From assembly GCA_947461805.1 (NCBI GenBank), contig CANHMJ010000001.1, positions 1 through 37,407 of the forward strand: DNA of 37,407 nucleotides. Reading direction: 5' to 3'. Below, piece by piece: positions 13,801-24,077 of the stretch. How positions within the stretch are numbered: the stretch's first letter is position 1; each line of letters starts with the position of its first letter. A program made the translations under genes and the position numbers. This DNA comes from Burkholderiaceae bacterium (GTDB taxonomy: Bacteria; Pseudomonadota; Gammaproteobacteria; Burkholderiales; Burkholderiaceae). Under the pieces are notes generated by a model. The model was not told where the DNA came from. It did not search any database and saw nothing but the letters and a program-made list of their open reading frames with translations.

Positions 13801-14882
13801 AAATTGCTCGCAGGTATGTTTAGGTTTGAAACCGAAAAACCGGTGAGGCCGGCTTTGGGTCTACCACCAATGCCCGTTGCACCCTCATCACGGATTTCGC
13901 CGCCGGCACCGGTCGACGCTCCAGGATAGGGAGCTATCGCAGTGGGGTGATTGTGTGTCTCCACCTTCATCAAGGTATGGGTTAGCCGTTGCTCTTTTTG
14001 GTAGCGCTGATCAGCGCCTTGTGGGGCCCAGGTTTGCGCTTCGCAACCTTCCATTACCGCCGAGTTATCGGAATACGCAACGATGGTTCCCTTAGGTTGC
14101 AGGCGATGGGTATTGCGAATCATCCCAAATAAGGAGATATCCTGCTCTTTGCCATCAATTGTCCATGAGGCATTGAAGATTTTGTGTCGGCAATGTTCGC
14201 TATTGGCCTGGGCAAACATAATGAGCTCAACATCGCTGGGATCGCGACCAAGGCGTTTAAAGTTTTCTGCAAGGTAAGTAATTTCGTCTTCCGATAGCGC
14301 AAGACCCAACTCCACATTGGCTTTTTCTAGTGCAGCCTCACCCTCAGCCATTACCGGTATCCGCAGTAGCGGACGATCTTCTAGGGTTTGGTAGAGCGGC
14401 GCTACCGCATTAACCGAATCCACCACGGTTTCAGTCATCCGATCATGCAAGGCAGCCAACACCGTTTGCTGCTGTTGTATGCTTAAATTACTTTGAGCAA
14501 CCCAGGTGTATTGGATACCACGCTCAATGCGCAGAAGCGGTAAACCGCATTGATGGGCTATATCCGTTGCTTTACTAGCCCACGGTGAGACCGTGCCAAA
14601 GCGTGGAATCGCAATAGCCTGCGATGGTTGTGGGGATTTACCAAGACCGGCTAACCAACCTGCTTTAGGCTCTGTTAGAACAAAAGGCGTGCCGTAGCTT
14701 AAAAGACCTTCTAAAACCACCAGCTGGGCATCACCCAACTCAATATCGGACCATACGAAATGAAGGTATTGGGCCTGTATGGCCGAAATTAGAATGCCCT
14801 GCTCTGCAAGCGAAGACAAAAGCCGCTGTTGGCGGAAGGCTGACAGGGCATCGGCCCCAGGCAAACAACGGAAAAAAGACAT
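10845..14882 (-). CDS. purL: Phosphoribosylformylglycinamidine synthase (large single-chain type)
   Basis: [35 protein letters not shown], glutaminase GVCNGCQ and MMPHPER motifs; 1345 aa. Confidence 0.99.
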   Translation of the reverse strand: MSFFRCLPGADALSAFRQQRLLSSLAEQGILISAIQAQYLHFVWSDIELGDAQLVVLEGLLSYGTPFVLTEPKAGWLAGLGKSPQPSQAIAIPRFGTVSPWASKATDIAHQCGLPLLRIERGIQYTWVAQSNLSIQQQQTVLAALHDRMTETVVDSVNAVAPLYQTLEDRPLLRIPVMAEGEAALEKANVELGLALSEDEITYLAENFKRLGRDPSDVELIMFAQANSEHCRHKIFNASWTIDGKEQDISLFGMIRNTHRLQPKGTIVAYSDNSAVMEGCEAQTWAPQGADQRYQKEQRLTHTLMKVETHNHPTAIAPYPGASTGAGGEIRDEGATGIGGRPKAGLTGFSVSNLNIPASNLPWEAPYYGKPDRIASPLQIMIDGPLGGAAFNNEFGRPILGGYFRVFEQTINGVRHGYHKPIMIAGGIGNIDAIHTAKKEIKAGHLLVQLGGPGMRIGMGGGTASSMATGSNAADLDFNSVQRGNPEIERRAQEVINACRAMGEANPIISIHDVGAGGLSNAFPELADGAGLGADFQLRSIMLEESGMSPAEIWCNESQERYVLAIDAGHLEMLTALCARERCPISAVGHATTERQLRLSDSKVNGASDSAFPIDMPMDVLLGKPPKMHRDVAHLEQQFAELDVSDAKLDECIAWVLQQPTVASKLFLITIGDRTVGGLNARDQLVGPWQVPVADCAVTLMDYVGYRGEAMSMGERTPIAVIDAPAAARMAVGEAITNLLAADIDGLDTVKLSANWMAACGKPGEDAKLFDSVKAVGMELCPALGIAIPVGKDSLSMATEWRDGDATKMVISPVSLVISAFAQVRDARKTSTPLLQREDHGQPLDTELILIDLGRSKNRMAGSILAQVLNQSGKTAPDLDNPNDLKALASVIMALRAAGQLLAYHDRSDGGLLATIAEMAFASHCGISINVDMIAVDLTQEPDYGDAKNWAQQVSGRRHEQTIRALFNEELGAVIQVRRADRDAVFAVLRNHGLSACSHVIGKPNTTGRIEIWRDAKSIYAEPREVLHKVWQSTSWQIARLRDNPSCADSEYALLEDIDDPGLVPTLTFDAADDVSAPFVNKGARPKMAILREQGVNSHVEMAYAMDWAGFDAYDVHMSDLIAGKVRLENFRGLVACGGFSYGDVLGAGEGWAKTILFNAQLREQFSTFFNRSDSFALGVCNGCQMMSNLAGIIPGADAWPKFTRNQSEQYEARLVMAEVVKSPSILLQGMEGSRIPIAIAHGEGFANFGLQGNLEKLQASGLTALRFVDHRGNPTETYPMNPNGSPGGLTGVTTLDGRFTVMMPHPERVFRTAQMSWAPSDWLQTPDGASPWMRLFRNARRWVG

Positions 14883-14921
14883 GCCCTAATTATAAGGTTT
14901 GGACTAAAAAACCCCGTATTT

Positions 14922-15608
14922 TTACTCGGCTAGCAAGGCCCCGCCTTGAAGGTGCAGTTGGCGGGCGCAACGCCCCGCCAAAACCGCATCGTGCGTGACC
15001 AAAATCAGAGTCGACCCATTGGCCTGGTTTAGGTCAAATAAGAGGTCTATGACCTTGCCACCACTGGCCTGATCTAAGCTGCCAGTAGGTTCATCCGCAA
15101 ACAAAATAGCTGGCTTACCAACAAACGCGCGGGCTAGGGCAACACGCTGCTGTTCGCCGCCCGATAATGTTTTCTGGAAGTGATTGAGCCGCGCGCTTAA
15201 GCCCACCTTATCCAACCAATAGCAAGCTTGTTCCCGAGCTTCGTGCAGAGATACACCGCGCAGTTCCAAGGGCAGCATCACGTTTTCTAGCGCGCTGAGG
15301 TGCGGTATCAGCTGAAACGACTGAAACACAAAGCCTACGTGTTTACCGCGCAGTTGGGCCCGGCCGTCCTCATTCAACTGGGCAAGGTTTTCACCCACAA
15401 GCTCAACTAGACCGCTGCTAGGAGTATCTAAGCCAGCAAGTATGCTAAGTAAGGTACTTTTTCCTGAGCCGGATGCACCCACAATCGCAACGCTTTCCCC
15501 GGCGCAGACGCTAAATGAAATGTCATGCAAAATAGTCAGCGGCCCGTCGCTGGTTTGGACCGCCTTACCCAGCTGCTGAGCATGCAGCACAACCGATTGA
15601 TTGCTCAT
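14922..15608 (-). CDS. ybbA: ABC transporter ATP-binding protein, YbbA/LolD-like
   Basis: Walker A GASGSGKS, Q-loop GFVFQSF, signature LSGGEQQR, Walker B LFADEP and VTHD. Divergent from tesA, as E. coli ybbA is. Confidence 0.8.
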   Translation of the reverse strand: MSNQSVVLHAQQLGKAVQTSDGPLTILHDISFSVCAGESVAIVGASGSGKSTLLSILAGLDTPSSGLVELVGENLAQLNEDGRAQLRGKHVGFVFQSFQLIPHLSALENVMLPLELRGVSLHEAREQACYWLDKVGLSARLNHFQKTLSGGEQQRVALARAFVGKPAILFADEPTGSLDQASGGKVIDLLFDLNQANGSTLILVTHDAVLAGRCARQLHLQGGALLAE

Positions 15609-15620
15609 AAGGAATATCGC

Positions 15621-16262
15621 TTGAAATTTTGCATTGCTACCATCTTACTCGGGCTGACATTAATCGGCCCAGCCCAAGCACAAGACCCTACTAAACCTAC
15701 CCTATTGGTGACGGGCGATAGCCTGTCGGCGGAGTATGGCATTGCACGTGGTAGTGGCTGGGTCTCCTTATTAGCAAGCCGCCTGAACAAGGAAGGAAGT
15801 CCGTGGGAGATCATGAATGCCAGCATCAGTGGCGAAACGACTTCCGGAGGCCTAACACGCCTCCCCAAGTTATTGGCTCAGAAGAAACCCAAGCTGGTCA
15901 TTATTGAATTAGGTGCAAATGACGCATTGCGTGGACTTCCGCTGGCGGAAACGGAAAAGAACCTACGCACCATGGTGGAGTTGAGTAAAAAATCGGGAGC
16001 CGAAGTGCTGCTGATTGGTATGCGCATCCCGCCGAACTACGGTCAAGAATATACCCAGCAGTTTGCTCAGCTGTTTGTCCGCATTGCAAAGAGTCAGCAA
16101 GTGGCGCTACTGCCTTTTTTCTTGGAGGGTGTCGCGCAGCGCAATGACTTATTTCAGGCAGACCGGATTCATCCGAACGAGGCAGCACAGAGCATTCTGT
16201 TTCAGAATGTCTGGACTGCCCTCACCCCGTTTTATGGGCAACTGATGCCCAAGAAGAATTAA
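15621..16262 (+). CDS. tesA: Periplasmic arylesterase / thioesterase I (SGNH/GDSL hydrolase)
   Basis: GDSLS, NASISGETT, ELGANDALRG and DRIHPN catalytic blocks. TTG 15621 has AAGGA upstream and begins a signal peptide (KFCIATILLGLTLIGPAQA). The start is uncertain; ATG 15582 is an alternative. Confidence 0.88.
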   Translation: MKFCIATILLGLTLIGPAQAQDPTKPTLLVTGDSLSAEYGIARGSGWVSLLASRLNKEGSPWEIMNASISGETTSGGLTRLPKLLAQKKPKLVIIELGANDALRGLPLAETEKNLRTMVELSKKSGAEVLLIGMRIPPNYGQEYTQQFAQLFVRIAKSQQVALLPFFLEGVAQRNDLFQADRIHPNEAAQSILFQNVWTALTPFYGQLMPKKN

Positions 16263-17725
16263 CCGCCCGAACTACCAGAGCTGGATTGCTTTAGGGGGTT
16301 AATGACTTTGACGTTAGCCTCATTGCGCCAGTAAGACATGAACCCAACAAACTCCGCTTGTGCAGCCAAGGCCTGAATTTGTTGTGATTGTGCTTGCCGA
16401 ATTTTAGTATCGGCTGCGGGAGGTTGACGCACTTGATCGATGCGATACAAAGTAGTGCCCGATCCGGCGTTCGCAATCGAGACAACCATAGGCAACTTAC
16501 TGGGATCGACTGCCATAACGGCATCCAGCGCAGGGCCAATTAAACTTCCTGGCCTGTTGCGCGAGACCCAAATGGGGGAGCCAAATCCAGTAGCGCTCGA
16601 TGGATTTTTTTCAGCAGTAATAAAGCGCTCAGCTGCAGCAGCGCTAGCTAGCTTTTCGGCACTGCGCACGGTAACCTGGCGTTTGACTTCACTGGCTACC
16701 GCACTGTAAGGCAATACTTCCGCTGGAAGGAGCTGGGTAACGCGCGCCGATACAAAGACGCCAGGAGCAATTTGTACTGCCTCAGTATTGCGTTTGTTTT
16801 TTAAGGCATCGTCCCCAAAAAGCGCCTGAATTACTTTTTGGTTATTCAGCGGATGGTCGGCTGGAAGCCCTGCTTTGCCGCCACGAGAAACTCCGTTGAC
16901 CGATTGAATGCTCAGTTTTAATTTATCCGCGGCTGGCTTAAGGCTATCCGACTGATCGTAGGTCAGATTAGCGAACTGATCGGCTTTTTCACCAAAGGCC
17001 TTGGCATCCTCCTTAGGGTCGGCACGCAATACTAAAAACTCAATGTCAATGCGCTCAGGGGTTTCAAATAAGCGCGCATTGGCTTTATAAAAGTCCTGTA
17101 GCTCGGCTTCGGTGGGATTTGCTTTTGAAACAAATTCAGCTGCTGTAAATTGAATGGATTGGATTTGGCGCTCCGACTCATACAGGGCGGAAATCAAACC
17201 AGCTAACTTTGGTGCTGGTAATTCAGTACGTGCTGCAGAAGTAACGAATTGCTGAATCATCAAGTCAAAACGCTGGCCACCCTCAAACTGCTCAATTGTC
17301 ATTCCAGCATTGGCTAAAAGCTGGCGGTAGCGGGTATTGTCGAAACTGCCATCGGGTTTATAGAGGGCTTTGATTTCAGGAATGTTGGCTAAGTTTTTTG
17401 TCAGCGCTTGATCGCCAATACGTAACTGCAGTTTGTTGACTGCAAAAGCCAGGAGGCGTTGCTGCAATAACTCATCTAATACCGCTTGGCGAAACGGCAG
17501 ACTTTGTGCAATTTGGGAATTAGCGCCAACGCGCTCAGCCTGACGCTTAGCCGAGCTATCGACCTCTTGGGCAGTAATGGCTTTGCCATTCACCTTTACT
17601 AAGTCGGTTTCTTGTTCAAAGAAATCGGTGTAGCCGGATACGCCAAAAAAAACAAAGGAAGGAACAATCAACAACAGCACAAAGAACATCATAAATCGAC
17701 GGTGCTGACGTATAGAATCTAACAT
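16259..17725 (-). CDS. ppiD: PpiD-family periplasmic membrane-anchored chaperone, shortened (no recognisable parvulin domain)
   Basis: MLDSIRQH plus TM helix (LLLIVPSFVFFGV), SurA-N-like region (VNGKAIT...DGSFDNTRY) and C-terminal YDQSDSLKPAADKLKL; downstream of lon and tRNA-Val. Confidence 0.85.
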   Translation of the reverse strand: MLDSIRQHRRFMMFFVLLLIVPSFVFFGVSGYTDFFEQETDLVKVNGKAITAQEVDSSAKRQAERVGANSQIAQSLPFRQAVLDELLQQRLLAFAVNKLQLRIGDQALTKNLANIPEIKALYKPDGSFDNTRYRQLLANAGMTIEQFEGGQRFDLMIQQFVTSAARTELPAPKLAGLISALYESERQIQSIQFTAAEFVSKANPTEAELQDFYKANARLFETPERIDIEFLVLRADPKEDAKAFGEKADQFANLTYDQSDSLKPAADKLKLSIQSVNGVSRGGKAGLPADHPLNNQKVIQALFGDDALKNKRNTEAVQIAPGVFVSARVTQLLPAEVLPYSAVASEVKRQVTVRSAEKLASAAAAERFITAEKNPSSATGFGSPIWVSRNRPGSLIGPALDAVMAVDPSKLPMVVSIANAGSGTTLYRIDQVRQPPAADTKIRQAQSQQIQALAAQAEFVGFMSYWRNEANVKVINPLKQSSSGSSGG

Positions 17726-17826
17726 GAATGGGCTTTACCGATTAATGATCACAGAGTTTATAAAATGACGGGGAGTGGTGAGCAATCGAAATACGAGGAA
17801 ATCCAATCGAGATCACAAATAGGGCA

Positions 17827-17902
17827 TGGTGGGCGCTGACGGGCTCGAACCGCCGACATTCTGCGTGTAAGGCAGACGCTCTACCAACTGAGCTAAGCGC
17901 CC
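17827..17902 (-). tRNA. tRNA-Val (UAC)
   Basis: Reverse complement GGGCGCTTAGCTCAGTTGGTAGAGCGTCTGCCTTACACGCAGAATGTCGGCGGTTCGAGCCCGTCAGCGCCCACCA; TAC anticodon and encoded CCA. Confidence 0.97.
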
Positions 17903-18004
17903 CATAAATCAACCGAAATTGTACCCTTAGTCCAGCATGGGCGCTCATTTTTTAGATTAAGCCCATGCCCAAGGCGCACAAAGGGGGAGATCCCAGCGAT
18001 TCAA

Positions 18005-20437
18005 TTAATGCTTTAAGACTTCCCCACCCGAAATGCCAGGAGCAGCTTTACTCGCTTCCGCCGCCTTTTTGGCTAACTCGTCCGGACTCGGGTCCGGCAA
18101 TGCTTCAGGATTGCGCTCTAAGGCAAGTTCCAACACTTTATCGATCCAGCGCACGGGAACAATCTCGATTGCATTCTTGACGTTATCCGGGATGTCAATT
18201 AAGTCTTTGACGTTCTCTTCCGGAATCAAGGCAAGCTTGATTCCGCCGCGGTGAGCAGCCAATAATTTTTCTTTCAGGCCACCAATCGGCAAGACTTCAC
18301 CGCGCAGCGTAATCTCTCCTGTCATCGCAACATCGGAGCGCACCGGAATTCCAGTAAATACCGAAACCAAGGCAGTGGTGATGGCAATGCCAGCCGATGG
18401 CCCATCTTTGGGTGTTGCACCCTCCGGAAAGTGAATGTGGATGTCTTTTTTCTCAAAGGCCTCATCGGTAATGCCCAGCGCGCGAGCGCGTGAACGTACT
18501 ACCGTTCTGGCCGCCTCGACTGACTCTTTCATAACGTCACCCAAGGAGCCGGTACGGGTAATCACACCCTTGCCTGGCATCAGCGCCGCTTCAATCGTCA
18601 GTAGATCGCCGCCCACCTCAGTCCACGCCAAACCAGTCACTTGTCCGAGCTGATTCTCTTTTGCGGCCAAGCCGTAATCAAAGATCTTGACGGACAGGAA
18701 CCTTTCTAAATTATCCGCATCAACGGTAATGGGCGCAGCTTCTTTTTTGAGTAGCAATAACTTCACCACTTTGCGGCAGACCTTACTGATCTCGCGCTCA
18801 AGCGAGCGCACACCGGCTTCGCGAGTGTAGTAGCGAATCATGCTTCGAATCGCACTCTCTTCAATTTGTAGCTCACCCTTTTTCAAACCATTGTTTTTGA
18901 TTTGCTTCGGAATCAAATAGTTTGTAGCAATGCTGGTTTTTTCATCTTCGGTATAACCTGCCAGACGAATCACCTCAAGGCGATCCAGGAGTGGTCCTGG
19001 AATGTTTAAGGAATTGGCAGTAGCCACAAACATGACATCGGAGAGATCGAAGTCAACTTCGACGTAATGATCTTGAAATGTGTGATTTTGTTCTGGATCC
19101 AGCACCTCTAATAAAGCACTGGCTGGGTCCCCTCGAAAATCCATGCCCATCTTATCGACTTCATCCAGCAAGAACAGGGGATTACGCACACCTACTTTCG
19201 TTAGGCTAGATAGAATCTTGCCCGGCATCGAGCCAATATAGGTACGACGATGGCCGCGGATCTCGGACTCATCGCGTACGCCGCCCAAGGCCATGCGCAC
19301 GAACTTGCGGTTGGTGGCGCGCGCAATCGACTGACCCAAGGATGTTTTACCAACACCGGGAGGGCCGACGAGGCACAAGATGGGGGCTTTTACACGGTCC
19401 ACACGCTGCTGAACTGCGAGGTATTCCAAGATACGCTCTTTGACTTTATCAAGGCCATAGTGATCTTGATCGAGCACCTTCTCGGCATTATCTAAATCAT
19501 TATTGACCTTGCTCTTCTTTTTCCAAGGCAGGCCTACTAAGGTATCAATGTAATTACGTATCACCGTTGCTTCTGCCGACATTGGCGACATCAGCTTGAG
19601 TTTTTTCAGTTCAGACTCGGCTTTTTTTAGTGCCTCTTTCGGCATCTTGGCCGCTTTGATGCGCTTTTCCAGCTCCTCTAGATCGGCACCCTCTTCGCCC
19701 TCACCCAACTCCTTCTGAATGGCTTTGACCTGCTCATTGAGGTAGTACTCGCGCTGGCTCTTTTCCATTTGGCGCTTAACGCGACCACGGATACGCTTCT
19801 CGACTTGCAGAATATCAATTTCGCTCTCTAAGTCAGCCAAGAGACTCTCTAGGCGCTTGACCACATCGGTCATTTCCAGGAGGCGCTGTTTTTGTTCAAG
19901 CTTCACAGGCAAATGCGCGCAGATGGTATCGGCCAATCGACTTGGATCATCAATGCCACCCAAGGAAGCCAGAATCTCTTGTGGGATTTTTTTGTTTAAC
20001 TTTACGTACTGGTCAAACTGCGCCATGATCGCGCGGCGCAGGGCTTCGGTCTCATGCGCATCGAGGACATCAATTGCTTTGGGCGTTGCTTCACAGCTAA
20101 AGTAACCCAGCGCATCTTCAATTTGACTGACTTCGGCGCGTTGCGAACCCTCAACCAATACCTTCACGGTACCGTCGGGTAATTTGAGCATTTGCAAAAT
20201 ACTGGCGATGCAGCCCACGTCGTATAAATCCTCAACGGAAGGTTCATCTTTTGCGGCTGTCTTTTGAGCAACCAGCAAAACACTTTTACCGGTTTCCATA
20301 GCGGCTTCAAGGGCTTTGATTGATTTGGGACGTCCCACGAATAAGGGGATCACCATATGGGGAAAGACAACTACGTCCCGCAAGGGGAGCAAAGGCAGTT
20401 GAATCGGTTCAGAGGGTAGTAATAAATGGCCAGGCAT
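18005..20437 (-). CDS. lon: ATP-dependent protease La
   Basis: [11 protein letters not shown]-domain, Walker [16 protein letters not shown] and catalytic PKDGPSAG with GGLKEK; 810 aa. Confidence 0.99.
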   Translation of the reverse strand: MPGHLLLPSEPIQLPLLPLRDVVVFPHMVIPLFVGRPKSIKALEAAMETGKSVLLVAQKTAAKDEPSVEDLYDVGCIASILQMLKLPDGTVKVLVEGSQRAEVSQIEDALGYFSCEATPKAIDVLDAHETEALRRAIMAQFDQYVKLNKKIPQEILASLGGIDDPSRLADTICAHLPVKLEQKQRLLEMTDVVKRLESLLADLESEIDILQVEKRIRGRVKRQMEKSQREYYLNEQVKAIQKELGEGEEGADLEELEKRIKAAKMPKEALKKAESELKKLKLMSPMSAEATVIRNYIDTLVGLPWKKKSKVNNDLDNAEKVLDQDHYGLDKVKERILEYLAVQQRVDRVKAPILCLVGPPGVGKTSLGQSIARATNRKFVRMALGGVRDESEIRGHRRTYIGSMPGKILSSLTKVGVRNPLFLLDEVDKMGMDFRGDPASALLEVLDPEQNHTFQDHYVEVDFDLSDVMFVATANSLNIPGPLLDRLEVIRLAGYTEDEKTSIATNYLIPKQIKNNGLKKGELQIEESAIRSMIRYYTREAGVRSLEREISKVCRKVVKLLLLKKEAAPITVDADNLERFLSVKIFDYGLAAKENQLGQVTGLAWTEVGGDLLTIEAALMPGKGVITRTGSLGDVMKESVEAARTVVRSRARALGITDEAFEKKDIHIHFPEGATPKDGPSAGIAITTALVSVFTGIPVRSDVAMTGEITLRGEVLPIGGLKEKLLAAHRGGIKLALIPEENVKDLIDIPDNVKNAIEIVPVRWIDKVLELALERNPEALPDPSPDELAKKAAEASKAAPGISGGEVLKH

Positions 20438-20532
20438 GGGGCAAATCCTCCAAAGTAGTCAAACGCTCAAAGAAATCTCAAAAGTACCAAAAGCTACTTA
20501 AAAGGGGTATTTCAATGATCAGGATACTACTT

Positions 20533-20560
20533 ATATGGGTTTGGGCTGCTGAATTGCAAG
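20533..20560 (-). promoter_or_regulatory. Putative sigma32 (RpoH) promoter of lon
   Basis: Minus strand CTTGCA (20560-20555), 15 nt, CCCATAT (20539-20533). This is close to the RpoH consensus CTTGAA...CCCCATnT, and lon is a known RpoH-regulon member. Confidence 0.65.
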
Positions 20561-20617
20561 GGCAAAACGGCAAAAAAGTGATAAAAACAAGGCAAAACAG
20601 GGTTAAAACAGACCGAA

Positions 20618-22006
20618 TTACGCTTTTTTCGACAATTCCTGCTTCTGGGCAGGGGATTCGCTCTGCTTGTAGACCAAAAGCGGCTTACCGAGACCCTGAA
20701 TGCTGCTTTCATCTATCACCACCTTTTGCACATTACGCAGGGATGGCAAGTCATACATGACATCCATTAAGGCGCCTTCTAGAATCGAGCGGAGACCGCG
20801 AGCACCTGTTTTGCGGGCAATGGCTTTCTTGGCAATCGCTGACAAGGCCTCGGGACGCACTTCGAGCTCAGCCCCTTCCATGGTTAAAAGGGCTTGATAT
20901 TGCTTCACCAATGCATTTTTGGGTTCAGTCAAGATTTGAATCAAGGCAGCTTCATCGAGCTGAGCTAAGGTAGTTAGGACCGGTAAACGGCCAATCAACT
21001 CCGGAATTAAACCAAACTTAATCAGATCTTCTGGCTCAACTTCTTTGAGTAGCTCGCTGGAGCCGCGGTCATCCTTGCCCGGTACTTCCGCACTAAAACC
21101 AATGCCGGTTTTGGCGGTGCGCTGCTGAATCACTTTTTCGAGTCCGTCGAATGCGCCGCCGCAGATAAACAGAATGTTAGTTGTATCCACTTGCAAGAAA
21201 TCTTGATTGGGGTGCTTACGACCACCCTGCGGAGGCACCGATGCCATGGTTCCTTCAACTAATTTCAAGAGGGCTTGCTGCACTCCCTCGCCCGAAACGT
21301 CACGGGTAATCGATGGGTTATCCGATTTGCGTGAAATTTTGTCAATCTCATCAATGTAAACAATACCGCGCTGGGCTTTTTCTACGTTGTAATCGCAGGC
21401 CTGCAATAACTTTTGAATGATATTTTCAACATCCTCGCCAACATAGCCTGCTTCCGTCAAGGTCGTTGCGTCCGCCATCACGAAAGGAACATCGAGTAAG
21501 CGAGCCAGGGTTTGCGCCAACAAGGTTTTGCCTGAGCCGGTTGGTCCAATCAGCAAAATATTACTTTTGGCTAGCTCAACGCCATCCACCATCGCCTTTG
21601 CAGGCAGCTTCGATTTTTTGGTTTCGGCTGCCGTTTTATTGTCTTTGCTATCGGCGGCCCCGTCCGTTTTAGCTGGCACCTCTTTTTTAGGTGCTGGTAA
21701 ATACTGCAGACGCTTGTAATGGTTATAGACCGCCACGGCTAATGTTTTTTTAGCTTGGTCTTGACCAATCACATACTGATCTAAATCAGCGCGAATCTCG
21801 TGCGGCGTAGGTAAGCCACTATCGCCTTTTTCGGACGGTAGACTGGCCAACTCTTCTTGAATGATGTCAGTACACAAGTCGATGCATTCATCGCAAATGA
21901 ACACTGAGGGACCAGCAATGAGTTTTTTAACTTCGTGTTGACTCTTGCCGCAAAACGAGCAGTAAAGGAGCTTGTCAGCCGAGGTCGGGGTTTTAGAATC
22001 GCTCAA
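20618..22006 (-). CDS. clpX: ATP-dependent Clp protease ATP-binding subunit ClpX
   Basis: Zinc finger CSFC...CDEC, Walker [13 protein letters not shown] pore loop, RKH loop and IGF loop. TTG start abuts the clpP stop. Confidence 0.98.
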   Translation of the reverse strand: MSDSKTPTSADKLLYCSFCGKSQHEVKKLIAGPSVFICDECIDLCTDIIQEELASLPSEKGDSGLPTPHEIRADLDQYVIGQDQAKKTLAVAVYNHYKRLQYLPAPKKEVPAKTDGAADSKDNKTAAETKKSKLPAKAMVDGVELAKSNILLIGPTGSGKTLLAQTLARLLDVPFVMADATTLTEAGYVGEDVENIIQKLLQACDYNVEKAQRGIVYIDEIDKISRKSDNPSITRDVSGEGVQQALLKLVEGTMASVPPQGGRKHPNQDFLQVDTTNILFICGGAFDGLEKVIQQRTAKTGIGFSAEVPGKDDRGSSELLKEVEPEDLIKFGLIPELIGRLPVLTTLAQLDEAALIQILTEPKNALVKQYQALLTMEGAELEVRPEALSAIAKKAIARKTGARGLRSILEGALMDVMYDLPSLRNVQKVVIDESSIQGLGKPLLVYKQSESPAQKQELSKKA

Positions 22007-22660
22007 TTAGGGTCGCTTATCAATCACTTTATCAATCAGACCGTAATCCCGGGCCTGATCAGCGGACATGAAATTATCGCGATCGGTATCTTTCGCAATG
22101 GTTTCAATCGATTGACCAGTGCGGTCAGCCAAAATTTGATTGAGTCTTTCGCGTAAGTACAAAATTTCACGCGCCTGAATTTCGATGTCCGATGCCTGAC
22201 CCCGTGCACCGCCGAGTGGCTGATGAATCATGACGCGGGAATTAGGTAAGGCGTACCGCTTACCCTTTGCACCAGCGCACAATAAAAATGCACCCATGCT
22301 GGCAGCCATACCCATACATAGAGTACTGACATCAGGCTTAATAAACTGCATCGTATCAAAAATAGCCAAGCCGGCGGAGACAGAGCCGCCAGGCGAATTA
22401 ATGTAGAGCGAGATTTCTTTATCGGGATTTTCGCTCTCTAGGAACAGGAGTTGCGCAATCACCAAATTGGCTGTTTGATCATTCACTTCGCCCACGAGAA
22501 AAACGACGCGTTCTTTTAAGAGGCGAGAATAAATATCATAAGCGCGCTCACCGCGACCCGATGTTTCAATCACCATGGGAACCATGCCGAGACCGCGGGT
22601 TTCTAGGTCACCGGCAGAGGTATTGCTGGCATTGAAAAAATGGGAATCAGTACGGTTCAT
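22007..22660 (-). CDS. clpP: ATP-dependent Clp protease proteolytic subunit
   Basis: [23 protein letters not shown] (Ser), MIHQP (His) and DRDNFM (Asp). Confidence 0.98.
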   Translation of the reverse strand: MNRTDSHFFNASNTSAGDLETRGLGMVPMVIETSGRGERAYDIYSRLLKERVVFLVGEVNDQTANLVIAQLLFLESENPDKEISLYINSPGGSVSAGLAIFDTMQFIKPDVSTLCMGMAASMGAFLLCAGAKGKRYALPNSRVMIHQPLGGARGQASDIEIQAREILYLRERLNQILADRTGQSIETIAKDTDRDNFMSADQARDYGLIDKVIDKRP

Positions 22661-22686
22661 GCGAGTGGGCTTTCGTGGGCAATCAA

Positions 22687-24021
22687 TTAATTAAGCTTGC
22701 TTAGTTCTTCAAAGCTTACTGCTTTATCGGTAATTGTGCCGAGACCGCTCACATACTGAATCACATTCGCCTCCAGCACAACCGATTCCACATCTTTTAA
22801 GCGACGTGGGTCGCTGTAAAACCAACGCACCACTTCTTTGGGATCTTCATAGGTTGAGGCCTGCTCTTCAATCTCTGCTTTAATTTGGTCGGGGGTGGCG
22901 ACCAGATTTTGCTGCTTAACCAGGTCACTCAGGATTAAACCAAGGCGAACGCGCTTTTGGGCTTGCTCTGCAAACATCTCCGCAGGGATAGGCGCATCTT
23001 TGGCATTAGGGATGCCGCGCTGCATTAAATCTTGGCGCGCCATTTCAACTAAGCGCTCTTGCTCGCTGGCAATAAGCGACTTTGGTACATCGAGCTCGCA
23101 GAGTTTTTCAAGCTGATCCATTACTTCATTTTTGAGTAAGGCAGTGGTACGACGCTTTACTTCGCGCTCTAAATTCTCTTGCACTTCACTGCGCATCTTG
23201 GCAACACCCTCGGTTACACCAAGGGAGAGAGCAAAGGCGTCATTTACTTCAGGCATATGGGGCCAATTGACCTGCTTCACTGTGATTGTGAATTCAGCCG
23301 TCTTACCGGCAACGTCTTTGCCGTGGTAATCGTCTGGAAACTTCAATGGGAAGGTTTTGCTTTCGCCATCCTTCAGGCCAAGTGCAGCTGCCTCAAACTC
23401 GGGCAACATCCGACCTTCACCCAATACAAACTCGAAACCCTCGGCCTTGCCACCAGCAAATTCCACGCCGTCAATCTTGCCAACAAAGTCGATGGTAATT
23501 TTGTCGCCGTTCTGCGCTGCCAGGTTACTGCCGCCGTCACCGTGGTCGCCTGCAACGCCTCGAGGATGGTAGTGGACCTGTTGTTTGCGCAGGACATCCA
23601 GCGCGCGATCAACTTCGACATCGCCAATGGTCGTGCTGTAGCGACTGACCGCTGCTTTGCTCAGGTCACCAATCTTGACTTCGGGCAACACTTCAAAGAA
23701 GGCCTCAAACACAATCGGGTCAGCGCCAATTTCACTCTTGGGCTCTAGACGAGGCTGGCCTGCTAAGAAAATGCCCTCTTTTTTGCTCAGCGCATAGAAC
23801 AGTTCGGATGCCTTATCAAATTGCACCTCGAAATCAACTTGCATACCGTATTGCTGCTCCACGATTTTTTGTGGCACCTTACCTGGACGAAAGCCAGCCA
23901 TTTTCATGGTCTTGCCCACCTTTGCCAAACGAGCGGCGCGTGCTTTTGCTAAGTCAGCACGGGGAATTTCCAAGGTTATCTTGCGGTCTAATTGACCTAA
24001 ATTTTCTATCTGCAAAGCCAT
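22687..24021 (-). CDS. tig: Trigger factor
   Basis: Ribosome-binding GFRPGKVP and FKBP domain (IDFVGKIDG...[13 protein letters not shown]). Start moved to ATG 24021 ([13 protein letters not shown]). Confidence 0.97.
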   Translation of the reverse strand: MALQIENLGQLDRKITLEIPRADLAKARAARLAKVGKTMKMAGFRPGKVPQKIVEQQYGMQVDFEVQFDKASELFYALSKKEGIFLAGQPRLEPKSEIGADPIVFEAFFEVLPEVKIGDLSKAAVSRYSTTIGDVEVDRALDVLRKQQVHYHPRGVAGDHGDGGSNLAAQNGDKITIDFVGKIDGVEFAGGKAEGFEFVLGEGRMLPEFEAAALGLKDGESKTFPLKFPDDYHGKDVAGKTAEFTITVKQVNWPHMPEVNDAFALSLGVTEGVAKMRSEVQENLEREVKRRTTALLKNEVMDQLEKLCELDVPKSLIASEQERLVEMARQDLMQRGIPNAKDAPIPAEMFAEQAQKRVRLGLILSDLVKQQNLVATPDQIKAEIEEQASTYEDPKEVVRWFYSDPRRLKDVESVVLEANVIQYVSGLGTITDKAVSFEELSKLN

Positions 24022-24077
24022 TCTCGTCTCTTCTGTAAAGATCAGGTTATGTGAAGCCCAAGCCAAGGTATGCCTTG

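Noticed and set aside
15525-15620. Long head-to-head coding overlap of tesA with ybbA
   Set aside because: A TTG at 15621 with AAGGA upstream gives a normal signal peptide, so the extension is probably not translated.
17726-17826. Integration scar (att site) or tRNA remnant downstream of tRNA-Val; also checked next to tRNA-Leu
   Set aside because: No duplicated tRNA 3' end is visible. The only repeat is a 7-bp CAATCGA pair, too short to support a claim.
17742-17948. 68-aa ORF between lon and ppiD as a possible hupB replacement
   Set aside because: It is a translation through the tRNA-Val gene and has no HU-like sequence.
20320-20760. 146-aa Lys-rich plus-strand ORF across the lon-clpX spacer
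   Set aside because: It is antisense to both genes, its Lys content comes from the promoter A-tracts, and it shows no family motif.
23510-23580. Gly/His-rich segment in trigger factor ([15 protein letters not shown])
   Set aside because: From recall, a similar segment is typical of Burkholderiaceae trigger factors, so it is not specific to this genome.
23179-23748. 189-aa ORF antisense to tig, and similar shadow ORFs over gltX, eno, acnB, purL, serB and bktB
   Set aside because: Long antisense frames are expected opposite genes with strong codon bias. None shows a recognisable motif.
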